Shown here: in pieces, positions 1-12,801 of the stretch | Numbering within the stretch: position 1 is the stretch's first letter | How the letters are laid out: each line of letters starts with the position of its first letter | Assembly: GCA_013239625.1 (NCBI GenBank) | Contig: MU053810.1 | Location: 434,001-498,000, forward strand | From: Lama guanicoe | Taxonomy: Eukaryota | Length of the DNA: 64,000 bases | Direction: 5' to 3' | Notes under the pieces: generated by a model | What the model was told of the DNA's origin: nothing | Databases searched by the model: none | Seen by the model: only the letters and a program-made list of their open reading frames with translations | Translations under genes and position numbers: made by a program

Positions 1-167
1 TCTTTTTTAGTTTTTTTTCCTTTGTTAGTTTTTGTTTTTGTTTTTTGAGTGGGAGAGGTAATTAGGTTTATTTATTTTATTTATTTTTAGAGGAGGTACT
101 GGGGATTGAACCCAGAACCTCCTGAATGTTAAGCATGTGCTCTACCACTTGAGCTATACCCTCCCCC
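1..167 (-). mobile_element. tRNA-derived SINE, camelid Vic-1-like, long form
   Basis: Reverse complement ggggagggtatagctcaagtggtagagcacatgcttaac...ggttcaatccccagtacctcc (A and B boxes), then aaacctaattacctc tail and A-rich end. Confidence 0.88.
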
Positions 168-956
168 TCATCGACTTGATTCCTAAAGTCAACATTACCT
201 AAGACAGCATTCCACAGCCAAGTACACTGACCTTCTGAATCTACCAGCCAGAAGGACCGCCCCATGGGCACAGCTGGACCCACATTTCAGACCAGGATAA
301 GCAGCTCGGTAGCTGTGTGACCTTGGGCAAGTCCCTGGACCCCTCTGGGCTTCCGTTTCCTCCTGCGTCACTCACACACTGGACGAGATGCTCCTGCCCT
401 CACTTCACATGCATGTCAGGGGACCAAGAGATGGGAAACACAGGGGTCTTCAGAAGCACTGGCCCTGCCCTCTGACCTGGGTTTTGCTCTTGCACACTGG
501 GCCCTGTTCTGTCCCTGGCTCGCTGTGTGATGCTGAACAACATACTTAGCTTTTCTGTGCCAGGTTTTTTTTTTTCCTTTATAAAACATGTGGATAAGCC
601 ATATATGTGCAAAGTCCCTTGTAGATCTAGAGTTCTACTCATCGGAGAAGTCTCTTTCACTGGGGAGTAAAACAAAATCACTTTATAGTTCTTCAGCCCC
701 TTGGTGCAAATCATTAACAGGATGACTATAAAAATTCTGCATTGGCTTTGAAAATGGACAGGCCATGGGCGGCAAGTGTTTTATGAAAGGTCCTGTAGAA
801 TATAAACATGATGTATTCACTCCTCTAAAGAAGCCAGAGCAATCTACTGGTTACCCCTGTGACTCAAAATGAAATCCCATCCAGGATGACCAAGCACCTC
901 CTGAACTTAAAGTCACCTGCAGGGGGTGCCTCCCATGTCTAGTGTTAAAATCACCT

Positions 957-1606
957 CCAAGAATCCCACTCCTGGGCATATATCCAGAGGGAACTCTAAT
1001 TTGAAAAGATACATGCACCCCAATGTTCATAGGTGCACTATATACAACAGCCAAGACATGAAAGCAACGTAAATGTCCAACGACAGATGACTGGATAAAG
1101 AAGTTGTGGTATATTTCTACAATGGAATACTACTCAGCCATAAAAAAGAATAAAATAATGCCATTTGCAGAAACGTGGATGGACCCTGAGATCATCATTC
1201 TAAGTGAAGTAGAACAGAAAGAGAAAGAAAAATAACATATGACATCACTCATATATGGAATCTAAAAAAGGGAAAAAGAAGACACTAATGAACTCATTTA
1301 CAAAACAGAAACAGACTCACAGACATAGTAAACAATATTACGGTTACCAGGAGGAAAGAGGGTGCGAAGGGATAAACTGGGAGTTCAAGATTTGTGAATA
1401 TTAACTACTACATATAAGTTAGATAAACAGTAAGTTTTTTCTGTCTAGCACAGGGAACTATATTCAATATCTTGTAGTAACCTATAATGAAAATGAACAA
1501 ACATATGTATGACTGAAACATTATGCTGCACACCAGAAATAACTGATGCACTGTACACTGAATATACTTCAATTTAAAATATATATATATATATATATAT
1601 ACATAT
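957..1606 (+). mobile_element. LINE-1 3' end (ORF2 C-terminus + 3' UTR) with (TA)n tail
   Basis: aatcccactcctgggcatatatccagag...gccatttgcag...; near-collinear with 62390-63000. Confidence 0.93.
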
Positions 1607-3461
1607 GGACCTCAGAAATAAAAATCTACTCAAATCTCAAACAAACAAACAAGAAATCACCTACCAGAAAAGCGGCCTCCTCGCTGGGGCTCTGGGAGAC
1701 TTACTACCAGTACAGATGCAGAATTCACCCTCTTCCCTTGTCTCAAATCCATATGGGAGGCATTGAAAAAAAGAAGACCACAGGTGACAGTTCAAAGCCA
1801 CAGATTTTGTGACCACTTTATTCTCAGCCTCTTCCCCAAAAAGGAAAGGGCTCTGGCAGAATAACAGTTGACAAGGACACCAGGTCAAGAAAGACAGTTT
1901 CCTTATAAACGAAAATTTCAAACTCACAGCCATTAACACTCACCCGAAATAACTGGATAGGAGCCAACTAGGAAAGGGCACGTTACTAAAACTGGCCCTC
2001 CAGCCTCCAAGAGGCTCAGCAGAATTATTCTTGCTGGGAGGAGAGGAGGAAGGAAGGTCTGGTTATTGTGCCAACGCGCTGGGAGGCACAATAACTAGGT
2101 CATGTTCCCACTCGGGCCAGGATGAAGCCACTCGGCGGCTTGGCGGCACCGGGCAAAGCCGAGTCTCGCTCTCCTGGTCAGCATCTGTATCCTAAAGAGC
2201 CTTTCCCTAGAGCAGCAGGCACAATGTAGCTGCAGGTCTAAGCACACGCTCAAGGCTAACAGGGCAGGAAAGACACATGAAACACACAAGCAACAGCCCA
2301 CCTTCCACCCAAACCCTCAGCTCACTTCGGGACCACACACTAGGCAACACAACCCTTAACTCGGGAGCTGATGCAACGGGCAATAAAGGGGAATAAAGAG
2401 CCCCTTCTCCAGCCAGATGATGGTGCCTCCTCGGCCAGATCCTGCAGAAGGAAACCACACAGACCGGAAGCCCCTTCCGTGAAATGCAGTCGCTGTCTCC
2501 CTGGCATGTAACTCTTGCAGATAGAATGGAAATGTCCTTTGTAATTGGCAGCACAAGTCTCACCTTTATCCAGGCTCACAATGCAGAATTTCCAACAACA
2601 GCTTTCAGGAGCCCGGGGAGCGTGGTAACACACTCCATTCAGGCCAGAGCATGTGACTTCCACAGGTGTGAGGTCCTTCTTTTCAGAGCAAACCTTCATG
2701 CTGGCACAGCTTCTCTGAAAAATGGAACCTCTGGCCCCAGGCAATCCCAGGGCCGCTAACGGGCCCTCAGAAGCCTTGCAACGGTGCACTTTTCACAGTG
2801 TATTAATTCAAGAGGTGCATTAGATGAGATGAGTTCTAGCTTTTGCTTTTAACCTCTGCAATTAGGGGATCCGTCCTTCTGCCTCTGAACAGCACACAGC
2901 AGAGGCACAAACACGGAGGCTGCCAAAGATGTTTTCTGGGGAAAGAAGGCACACCAGAATATCCCAGGGCTTTCTTCTCTGCTCTTACCCAGTTTTACTG
3001 ACACCATTTATTTGCAGGCAAAGGATCTAGAAGGTGGAGTCTGGGGGAAAAGCGAACGTGAGAAAGCCTGTAAGTTTCCAGGCTGACGCAGGTAACAGTC
3101 TACAGTCCCCAGGAGCGCTTAGAAGTCTCCTCGCAAAGCAGAGGGAAAAACAACCCAGTGCCCCAAAACAGTCTCCCAGAATATCAGTAAAGAAGCCATG
3201 GGAGACAGACATCACTGCAGAGCGGACATCACCAGAGAACCGCTGCTCCGGGAATTGCCTCCGGCCACACAGAGCACTGGCCCCTGCAAGATGCTAAGTG
3301 GCAGGTGCCCAGAGGAAGAGAGAAGCTCTGGGGAGAAACAGAAAAAGAAATATCTGAGGTTTCTTCTCTCCCACAAGAGGTCCTATTGCCTCACTCATGA
3401 AAGCATCTTGCTATGGGAGGTGAGGGGAGGCAGGTTTGAAAGAGATGGTTTTAGGGCCCAA

Positions 3462-3600
3462 TTTTTTTTTTAAAGAATATCTTTTTTGGTGGGGAGGTAG
3501 TTACGCTTACTTACTTGTTTTTGGAGGAGGTATTGAGGATTGAATCCAGGACCTTGTGTATGCTAAGCACACACTCTACCACTGAGCTGTACCCTCCCCC
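3462..3600 (-). mobile_element. Vic-1-like SINE
   Basis: Same family sequence as 1-167; flanked by ccaattttttt repeats. Confidence 0.85.
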
Positions 3601-4289
3601 ACCAATTTTTTTTAATAAATAAAATACTTCAGAACTTACATTCCAACAGATACAGCTGGCAATTACTGAGCAATTATTTTGACACTGTAGGATACATGCG
3701 TGTAACTTTTAGTAAGAGCTTATAATGTCTATATATAGTTTTTTTTCAAGCTCTCAATGAAAGTTAACTAATATATAGTATGTCTACAGTTTGTGTACAT
3801 CAAAACAACAGAAGAACATTATTATCCTGAGAATGGTAGTAACAGTAAAATAAAGTATGTGAAGGTAAGGTTATCTTCCTGTTGCCTTCTTATTTTATTA
3901 AAGTATTAATCCTATTACACGCAAATTGTACATAAAATTTATTTTTCTGATAACTAATAATCTGATTAGTATAGAAAATGTATGAAATACAGCAAGGCAA
4001 GAAGGAGAAAATTAAATTTATCTATCATTTCCACACCCGGAGATGACTACTCTCACTGTAATTGATGTAGCTACTTCTGGCTCGCTACCTATGCGTATAA
4101 TTACAAATGCTGTTCCACAAAACTGGGGATGTTATTTGATAACTTATTTTTCACATTAAATAGTATATCGTTTATCTATGCCCTTAAATGATGTTCTGCA
4201 CCACGAGTTAAAATTTGCAGTGTGTTGCATTCTATTAATGTGCTGCAGTTTATTTTATAAATTGTGTACTATTAAATAAGTTGTTTCCA

Positions 4290-5010
4290 ACTTCTATGTA
4301 GCTTCTTTATTAATTTCTTTCAACGACACTTCATCGTTTGCAGCATCTGAGTCTTCTGCTTCTTTGGTAAATTTATTCCTATTCTATTCTTTCTGATGCT
4401 ATTATAATCGGAATTTCATTTTCAGATGGCTCATTGCCAGAATATGGACATACAATTGAATTTTGTATACTGACCTTGCATCCTACAACCTTGATGAACT
4501 CATATATTAGTTCTCATAGATTTTTAGCAGATTTTTTAGGATTTTCTCTCTACGAGATCATGTCATCTGCAAATAAAGACAGTTTTACTTCTTCCTTTAC
4601 AATGTGGATGCTTTTTATTTCTTTTTATTGCCTAACTATCCTGGCCAGAACCTCCAGCACAACGTTAAAAAGAAGTGCAAGAGCATTTCAAAATGTAGAC
4701 TAGATAAACAAGATTATACCATATAGCACAGGGAAATATATACAAGATCTTATGGTAGCTCACAGAGAAAAAAAGGTCACAATGAATATATATATATGTT
4801 CATGTGTAACTGAAAAACTGTGCTCTACACTGGAATTTGACACAACATTGTAAAATGATTATAACTCAATAAAAAATGTTAAAAAAATAAAAAGTTATAA
4901 AGCAAAAGCAAAACAAAAAAGAAGTGCAAGAGCAGAGACCCTCGTATTGTTCGTGGTCTGAGGGGAAAGCATTCATCTTTCACCAGGAAGTATGAGGTTA
5001 GCTCCGAGAA
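4290..5010 (-). mobile_element. Old L1M ORF2 (RT region) fragment, interrupted by a younger L1
   Basis: atcatgtcatctgcaaataaagacagtttt is the reverse complement of the KLSLFADDMI-coding RT motif; sequence resumes after 4934. Confidence 0.85.
4686..4915 (+). mobile_element. Young LINE-1 3' end
   Basis: Near-identical to 12597-12800; perfect 19-bp TSD aaaaagaagtgcaagagca at 4667-4685 and 4916-4934. Confidence 0.93.
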
Positions 5011-5704
5011 TAGAATTCTTAAATGTATTTGTTGTGAGAAGATAAAAAGGTTATTTCGATGCTTTGCCCATTCATAAGAGATCCTAAATATGTCCATTTC
5101 CTGATGTGCAATGTCTTCAATATTTATTTCCCTAACAGAATTTCAACATTCTATGATTTTCTACTAGGTAGGAAAGGGACAGTGACATGTTAAAGAAAAT
5201 CTAAAGAATTTTCTGAAGTTCAAAGAGCCTTGAAATGGACAGATTTAATGAAATCCAACACCTGTGTCTGGTGAAATAAACACCTGCTAATACAAATTCC
5301 AAGCAGTGGGCATTAAGTTAAAGTCAATATGACGTTTCCCTGGGTTGTCAGCTGCTCAATTCACTGCAGAAAGGAAGACTTTATTCTGAGCATGTTCTGA
5401 AATTCTGTGTCAATTTTCCTGCTTGAATGTTTCCTGCGTTCTCATTCTGCTGCTCACCAAAATTAGTTCTGCCACAAAAGGCTTAAAAAAAAAAAAGTTG
5501 GAAAGATCTATTCTAATTATATTTAAATCTGTAAATCCTAGAACAAAGAGGGATTTGACAGTTACTTAATTTGATTATTTAGTCATACCAAATACTTCAG
5601 ATTAAAGACTACGCCCTGAAACCTGGATTATCTGGTTTGACCCCTAAACAAACTATATTAGAGCAACAGCTTGGTTAGCCGGGACACATACACAGAGGTA
5701 CAGG

Positions 5705-5910
5705 GGAAAACATCTGGACTTGAAAAGACTTAGCCTCAAATTCCAGATCTTTCCATTCTCAGCTGTGCATCCTGGGGCAAATTACTTAACCTCTCTGTGC
5801 CAATTGTTAACAAAAATTTTTAAGGTTAAAAACTTCTGCCTGGCAGGGAGGTTATGAGGATTACATGACATATTATTCATAAAGTGCCTGGAACATAGTG
5901 GTAGTATTAG
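5705..5910 (+). mobile_element. MIR SINE
   Basis: Core ctgtgcatcctggggcaaattacttaacctctctgtgcc...ttatgaggatta...aaagtgc. Confidence 0.75.
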
Positions 5911-6945
5911 TGTTTCTTAACTAAACTGTTCAGGAAACGGAACAGTCTTGTCCGTTGTAATTTCTGGTTCTCATACTTTTGTGGCTGAAAGTCCTTCTCA
6001 ACAATGGGAGTACTGTTTGTGTCTCTGTATTATGGCAGACACACAATTACATCTTCCACCTCATTGATACGCATTTCACCTGCAAGATCCTATGTAAGTG
6101 ACCAAAAGGCGTGTCAGTTTCATCCACATGCAGTTTACAAGCTGGCGAAATCGAACAAGATTCACACCATGAGGATTCTATGTGCATTACTGTTACACTG
6201 TCTTGCAGAGAGAGCAGGTGCAGGACACTGGGCTGACTTGACTATACAGTGAGTGACTTGGCACACACTCTAAAACACGGTTTTCATTAATAAATTCCAA
6301 ATATGAGCTTATGCAACTATTGTTTGCCTGCTGTCCTTCAAAGGGGAGTATAGGAAAGGGGCCAGTGAGCTGCAAGCTCCACTCTTATCTTCCATCCCCA
6401 AGTCCCCTGAAAGGCCACGTCTCCACTCTGGGAACTAATCAGCAGTGGCCAACCTCCCCACCACCACCCTCCTTGGTGTGCTCCTGACACAGGCTAATTG
6501 GCACATCTGAAATTGTCCAATTAACAAGCTAATGAGGACTGGCCAGCCCTGTGAAGAGGAACTCAGGCTGCTCCTGGATGCCACAACACATGCTTCAGAA
6601 CACTCAGGCTGTGATTCTAATCAACTCTGAGAGGTCTGCTCTGTCTTCTTTGACAGCTTGAGCGTGAATCTCAAAACTCTGTATTTTCATAGCAGTGAAA
6701 ATCAGTCACCTGACAAAAGTTCCTGTCCCGAAAAAGTTAGCAGGTTGGCGAGCAGGAAAAAGGAAGAAGGGGGAGGGAAGAGGTCTGTCCACCAGGCAGC
6801 AGTTATTAGGAGAGGAACTGAACCCAGATATCTGACTTATATTCATTCCACAATTATAGCCAGGACACCTCCCGTGGTCCAGGTGCTGAGCCCTGAATTT
6901 TCCAGAGGACAACACAAAACAATTAAGCCGGTATAAAATGCCTAC

Positions 6946-7454
6946 TGATCAAAAAAATTTTCACATACGGAGACACAGGGAAGTCATTCTGGCTTAAACA
7001 TGAGTTAACTGGAATTTGATGCTAACTAAAATAGCCTGTTTGTGGCCTATCAAACATACCTGGTTACATCTGCTTTAACTACTAAAGAAAAGGGCACACT
7101 GACCAGAAGTAAATGTCCAAGTTAAAAATAAAGATTAAATGCCTCTCCTTCCTGGGACGCCAATGCTGGTCCTCCTTTGATGATAAGATTCCCGTCCCAG
7201 ATGCCAAGGCCATACTGGGCATGCTGGTCTGGTTCTGGGGGTTTTTTGGTTTTTTTTTTTTTTGAAATCTTGAAGAAATTATTTGTTTTAACATTCTGTG
7301 TTCTGACAAGACATAAAACTACGCTGGAAACCATACTTCTCCAGAGTAGCTTCTCAGAGTTACCTGGGAGCAGGCTTCCCGGCTAGTCCTCAGTTTGGCT
7401 CAAAGAGAACTCTTTTCTTATCTTATTGCTGATTACTGATTATTTTCAGCGACA
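6946..7454 (+). mobile_element. ERV1-class solo LTR (possibly MER41-like)
   Basis: TG...GACA ends, 4-bp flanks ctac/ccac, TATA-like cataaaa ~7311, 3' part gtcctcagtttggctcaa...ctcttttc typical of ERV1 LTR R/U5. Family name tentative. Confidence 0.6.
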
Positions 7455-10169
7455 CCACCAGAAGCAAATAGCCCATGCGCACAAATGCACGTGTGCAGGG
7501 CTGTCTCGTAATTAGCAATGTCAGCCACAGAACATCAATTATCAACAACCGAAATTCATCGGGCAACCAGAGAAATAAACCCAACAATCATTTAGTAGGT
7601 AGGTGCTGCTCCTACACATGGTCCCCTGAAGTAACAGCCACCCCCTCAGGCACACAGCCAGGCTGGAGGCCACATGGTCACAAGGCACAGAAAACAATAC
7701 CCAGTTGCTCACAGTGTCACGCAGCTCCTGAAAGTCAGATCTGGGCTGATTGAGCAAATACTCTGAGGCCCGCGCTGGCTGAAAACTTGGAAACACATGT
7801 TAGTTCACCTAATTCTCACAAGAGCCAGAGACAGGGCCCCTGACTACAACACTCCTCGGCCTCCCTGAGATTTGAATGAAGAATCAGAAATAGGACAAGT
7901 AGAAGGAAGACTGAAGTCCAATTCTATTCGTTTCATGCATTTCTGTCCCCTAAAGAAGTGTAGCATCCAGAATCCTGATGCAACCATGCAATGAGCCCTG
8001 TGCACAAACGCTCTGGGAGTTGGCGCTGAATCTCCCACATTTGCTATGTGGCCCTGGGGAGGGCCCCCAGCTGCCCCAGATCTCTGTTTTCTCAACCTGA
8101 TCAAAGAACAAGACGTTCACAAGGCCCTCTCCAGAGTCAACAATTGGGAAGCTTGAAAATCCAAAATGTCCCTCATCTGCTCCCAGCCATGTGAGGACGG
8201 CAGGACACAGCCCTGTGCTGGGGCTGGTCACCAGAGGAACATGGAGACGTGTTTCACGATAGAGAGTTATGCTGGCCTGGTTCTTCTGACCTGCAGTTTA
8301 AGAAACGCTCCCTGAGATCTCTCTCTGGTGGGTTCAGATTTTCATCACATGTGGCCAAGTCAAGCTGTGCGCACACCGGGAAGGGGGCGGCATGAATTCT
8401 GTGACTCCAGAAGGTGCCTAGCCCACTGCTAGTGCTCCCCGTAGGTACGAACCTGACCTTCCTTTACAATGGTTTTAAAGGCACAGCCAGTCCTTTTCAC
8501 GGCCTCCTCCTTTTTATTTCTTTAAGTCTCCAGGGAAAAGGAAGGCTTTCAACTAAATCAAAATGGGCAAAATTCATAAAATGCACCAGTGACTTCACAC
8601 AGGTAGCATATCTTTTGTTTCTGTCGGAACCTCAAGCCATTCATTTTAACCCAAAAGAGATAGAGAGATGACCAACTAGCCAAGTATACCACTACTGAAA
8701 ATGTGAGCCTTAAATTAGTTGAGAAATGCTCTTAGAAATAAAACTGTTGATCTTGGGGCACCGAAATGAAAATCAATCCACGTTGTAAGGACAACCAGCG
8801 CATGAAGAGACGTATCTCTTATCTGCTTCAAAAAAGGACGGATTTTGGGGGCCTCCTATCTGATGTCAAACTGAACAATTATTATCTAAGAGAGGTAACA
8901 AGTATGACCAAAACCGAAGTGTTACAAACCGCTATCACGTATTTGAAGTTCTTTATCCGCTTAATTGGAAGCCAGAACCGCATCACAAGGCAGGATTCAG
9001 ACCTGAGGCAGGAAGGGGTTCACCTGGCCTGGAACCGGACCTGCCTCCTTCCTCTGCACCCCTTCCCCACCCCACCCACTGCTACAGTCACCCAGGCCAA
9101 ACACTCGCGGGTTGTCACATCCACCCCTCTTCCAGCGTTACTTGCAGCCAGAGCCCCAAGACCCTGCAGGGACACAGCCCACGATCTGTAACATCAGAGA
9201 AGCAACCATAGGAGCAAAGGCCTCCCTTTTTCCAGCTTGAAGGGGCCATGTAAAATACCATGAAAGGGCCCTTCCCATCGCTGCTTATGGAGAGAAGGGA
9301 CTGTGACTTTTTCATTTTGTATCCACACGGCCTACAATACAGGAGGGGTGTGTGTGTGTGTGTGTGTACGTACACTGAGCAACTGCCCTACCCTTTTCCA
9401 TCTGACACTTCAAATAGTATTTCCAGCTACTCTAACTTATCAGTTACCAGGAAACTTCTCAATCCCTGCCCTTCATAGGCAGGGAATGACATCTCAAAAT
9501 GACACCCCCTTTTTTAAGTTCTCTTAAAAGATTGTCACTGATCCATCTGCTTGAGGATACATTTTTTTTTAATGATCTCTAACTGGGAGTTAGAGGTACC
9601 ATATTTGGCCATGAATCAGGGTGGCAAAAACTGGCGCAAAATAAAGTGATCTCATCTCACATTTAATAAGCTTTTCGTGTACACCAGGCATTATGAACAC
9701 ACATAAAAACTTGACATGAGTCATCTCACTGAAACCTCACAGCAATCCTACCTAATGCGGGCCATTTTTTTATCCCCATTTTATGAATTGTAAATAGAGA
9801 CTCAGCCCTGTAGACACATGGCTGGTGAGGAGATGAACGGGGCTCAGGCCCAGAGAATTCTGTGTCCCGATCCACAGACAATGACCTACTTCTAAGATCC
9901 GCACTGACACCAAGAAAGCCAGCAAGCACAACACTCTAGGAACACCTCAAGTTTTGGCAGAGGAGTGCCTGGAAGATTTTTTTTTTTAACGCTAAAAAAA
10001 GTATACCCATATCCAGGTAGTGTTCATTACCCAAGGTATCACAATACAAGACTTCTCCAAGTATCTAATAAACTTTAGTATTCCCTAAATTTCTTAACCA
10101 CTCACCCTAAGAAAATGTTAAACAATCAGTAAAAGACCTTTGATATGAGGCTGAAAGGAGTGTAAAGTT

Positions 10170-10330
10170 TTATAATTATGAGGGATCAGACCAGCTATGT
10201 AATTTGCAGAACCCAGCGCAAAATGAAATTGGTGGGGATGGGGAGGTCCTTGTTCAAAAAATATTAAGAATTTCAAGACAGTGGGAAAAACTCATTGAAG
10301 GAAGCGTGGGACCCTCTGGGCCTCATGAGA
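10170..10330. mobile_element. hAT-type DNA element (MER45-like) remnant
   Basis: taatttgcagaacccagcgcaaaatgaaa...ccttgttcaaaaaatattaagaatttcaagac resembles MER45. Confidence 0.55.
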
Positions 10331-10894
10331 CCATGAAGCTCGCCCCCTCCAAGAAGCCGGACCCAGGAGGGATGGGGGTATAGGGGCCCGGAGATCACTC
10401 CAGACTTCAGAAGAACGAGGCTATGAAATGGTCTGTGAGCTCAGCTACGTGCCAGGTGCTTTCTCCAGAACTAGCCACATGCAAAACCAGAATCTCAAAC
10501 TGGAATGCCAAACAGTCTGGCTCCTACTACCACTAGACGTGAACTCCATACGAGAGCCAGTGTTCAGCGCGTCTTATGTTAGGAAGTTGTCTGTGACTGC
10601 AGGAAAAGGTCATCTTGCATATAAATCATTAGAGAAACAGATTTCACAGCACCTCCTGAAGAGAAACAATGAGTACCGTGGCCTGTTGTGCTGAGATGGC
10701 TTTCTTAACAGAGCGGGTGTTTCAACATTTTTAGTATTCCTATTGGCTATCTCCTGGTGGTTTCCAATTAATGACAATATAAAGAAACCATCTGAGGTAC
10801 ATTATATATGATGAGGCCTTTACTGCACAATGAACAGTAATTTTTTGTAATTACCAAGCCCTGAGAAAAAGTAAATCTGACCTAATAATTTTTA

Positions 10895-11255
10895 AATTTT
10901 TAAAACTGAAGTATGAAGTATAGTCAGTTTACAATGTTGTATTAATTTCCGGTGTACAGCATAGCGACACAGTTATACATACACATTCTCCTTTTTATAT
11001 TCTTTTTCATTAGAGGTTATTATAAGGTATTGAATATAGCTCCCTGTGCTATACAGAAGGACCTTGCTGTTTATCTGTTTTATATACAGTAGTTAGTATC
11101 TGCAAATCCTGAACTCCCAATTTATCCCTCCCCACCCCGCCTTTCCCCCAACCTGTAACCACAAATTTTTTCTATGTCTGAGTCTACTGCTGCTCTGTAA
11201 ATAAGTTCATTTGTCTCATTTTTTTTTAGATTCCACATATCAATATCATATGATA
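10895..11255 (-). mobile_element. LINE-1 3' end
   Basis: Reverse complement of the same L1 3' UTR; imperfect flanking repeat aaatctgacctaataa / aaatctgatcaaataa. Confidence 0.88.
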
Positions 11256-12394
11256 AAATCTGATCAAATAAATTTTTGAAAAACACAATACATTGCAATA
11301 AGAAAAGAAAAATAATTATTTTAGTGTGAGCAGTATATCATCAATGAAAAAAAAAAACCCTTCGGCGGGAAAAAAAGCCCTGACCTGGGACTCAAGAACG
11401 TCTGTCCCTTCGTCGCTCAACTGCCACTGAGAACCAGGCAGCTCACACGAGAGAGGTGGGGATAGAAATCACACTCCTGTACACGTTTTTTAGGCATTTG
11501 AGAAAACACACCAGACTTGGCGAGTTCCTGGCTCTCTGCCTGTATCTTCCATGACCTTTTGCTAATGGAACCTATGCTCTAAATGATGCATATTTTTCTA
11601 AGTTTCATAAAATACGACATTTCGCTTGCTAGAACCCTGAGGTGAGCACTCTAGATCTTTTCTTTTTCTTTTTGGCCAATTGTCTAATTTAAAATCTCAG
11701 GGTTCTCTCGATGTCTTCAAAATGATTTGCTTCATTTTGCCAGGATGGAAATAGCCACGCAATCCCAAAATGTATCCTCGGCCCCATAAAATCATGACTG
11801 GGCCCATTTCTCTCTCAACACATAGGTTTCTGGTCAGTGTGAGCCAGGTCACCAATTGCAGGTAGCAGCGTTTCACCTGCAGGCTGAGCACAAGACAGCG
11901 TCCCGGCTCCAGGCTCCAGAGCGAGGCTCTGATGGGCCTGAAGAGAAGGGTGGCAGGGGGCCATCCTGGAGGCTCAGTGACAAACACTGTAACAAACAAG
12001 CACTCAAGTCTTCCCATCAGAGCCCCCAGGACCATGCCAGGACACACCCCAGAGAAGCCTGCATCACTTCAATCAGTACAGCTGTGAGCTGGGCACACCC
12101 TTCCAGAAGCTTCTTTAGACAGATCTGGGTTCAAACTGCTGTCCTGTGACTAGTGAGTCACATGCCCTGGGGCCAGTCAGTTCTCCTCAACTGTCAAACG
12201 GTATTGAATTCACAGGGTTACTGAGGAATTAAATGACCCACCACATGTCCAGTGAAGGACCCCGGGCCCAGCAGACATTCCAACATTCGTAGCCATTACT
12301 ATGCTTTTTCAAACCACCTACACACCTTCCCGCGGACACCAGCGTGGAGCCCCTCTCAGAAAATAACGGTACATTCAAAACTCAGGTGTTGTCC

Positions 12395-12801
12395 GCCATT
12401 TGCAGCAACATGGATGCTCCTGGAGAATGTCATTCTAAGTGAAGTAAGCCAGAAAGAGAAAGAAAAATTCCATATGAGATTGCTCATATGTGGAATCTGA
12501 AAAAGAACATAAATACAAAACAGAAACAGACTCACAGACATAGACTACAAACTTGTGGTTGTCAAGGGGGTGGGGGGTGGGAAGGGATAGACAGGATTTC
12601 AAAATTGTAGAATAGATAAACAAGATTATACTGTATAGCACCGGGAAATATACACAAAATCTTTTGGTAGCTCACAGAGAAAAAAATGTGACAATGAATA
12701 TATATATGTTCATGTGTAACTGAAAAACTGTGCTCTACACTGGAATTTGACGCAGTATTGTAAAATGACTATAATTCAATTTAAAAATGTTAAAAAAAAA
12801 A
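12395..12801 (+). mobile_element. Young LINE-1 3' end
   Basis: Encodes the ORF2 end PFAATWMLLENVILSEVSQKEKEK; poly(A); TSD tcaggtgttgtcc at 12382-12394 and 12802-12814. Confidence 0.94.
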
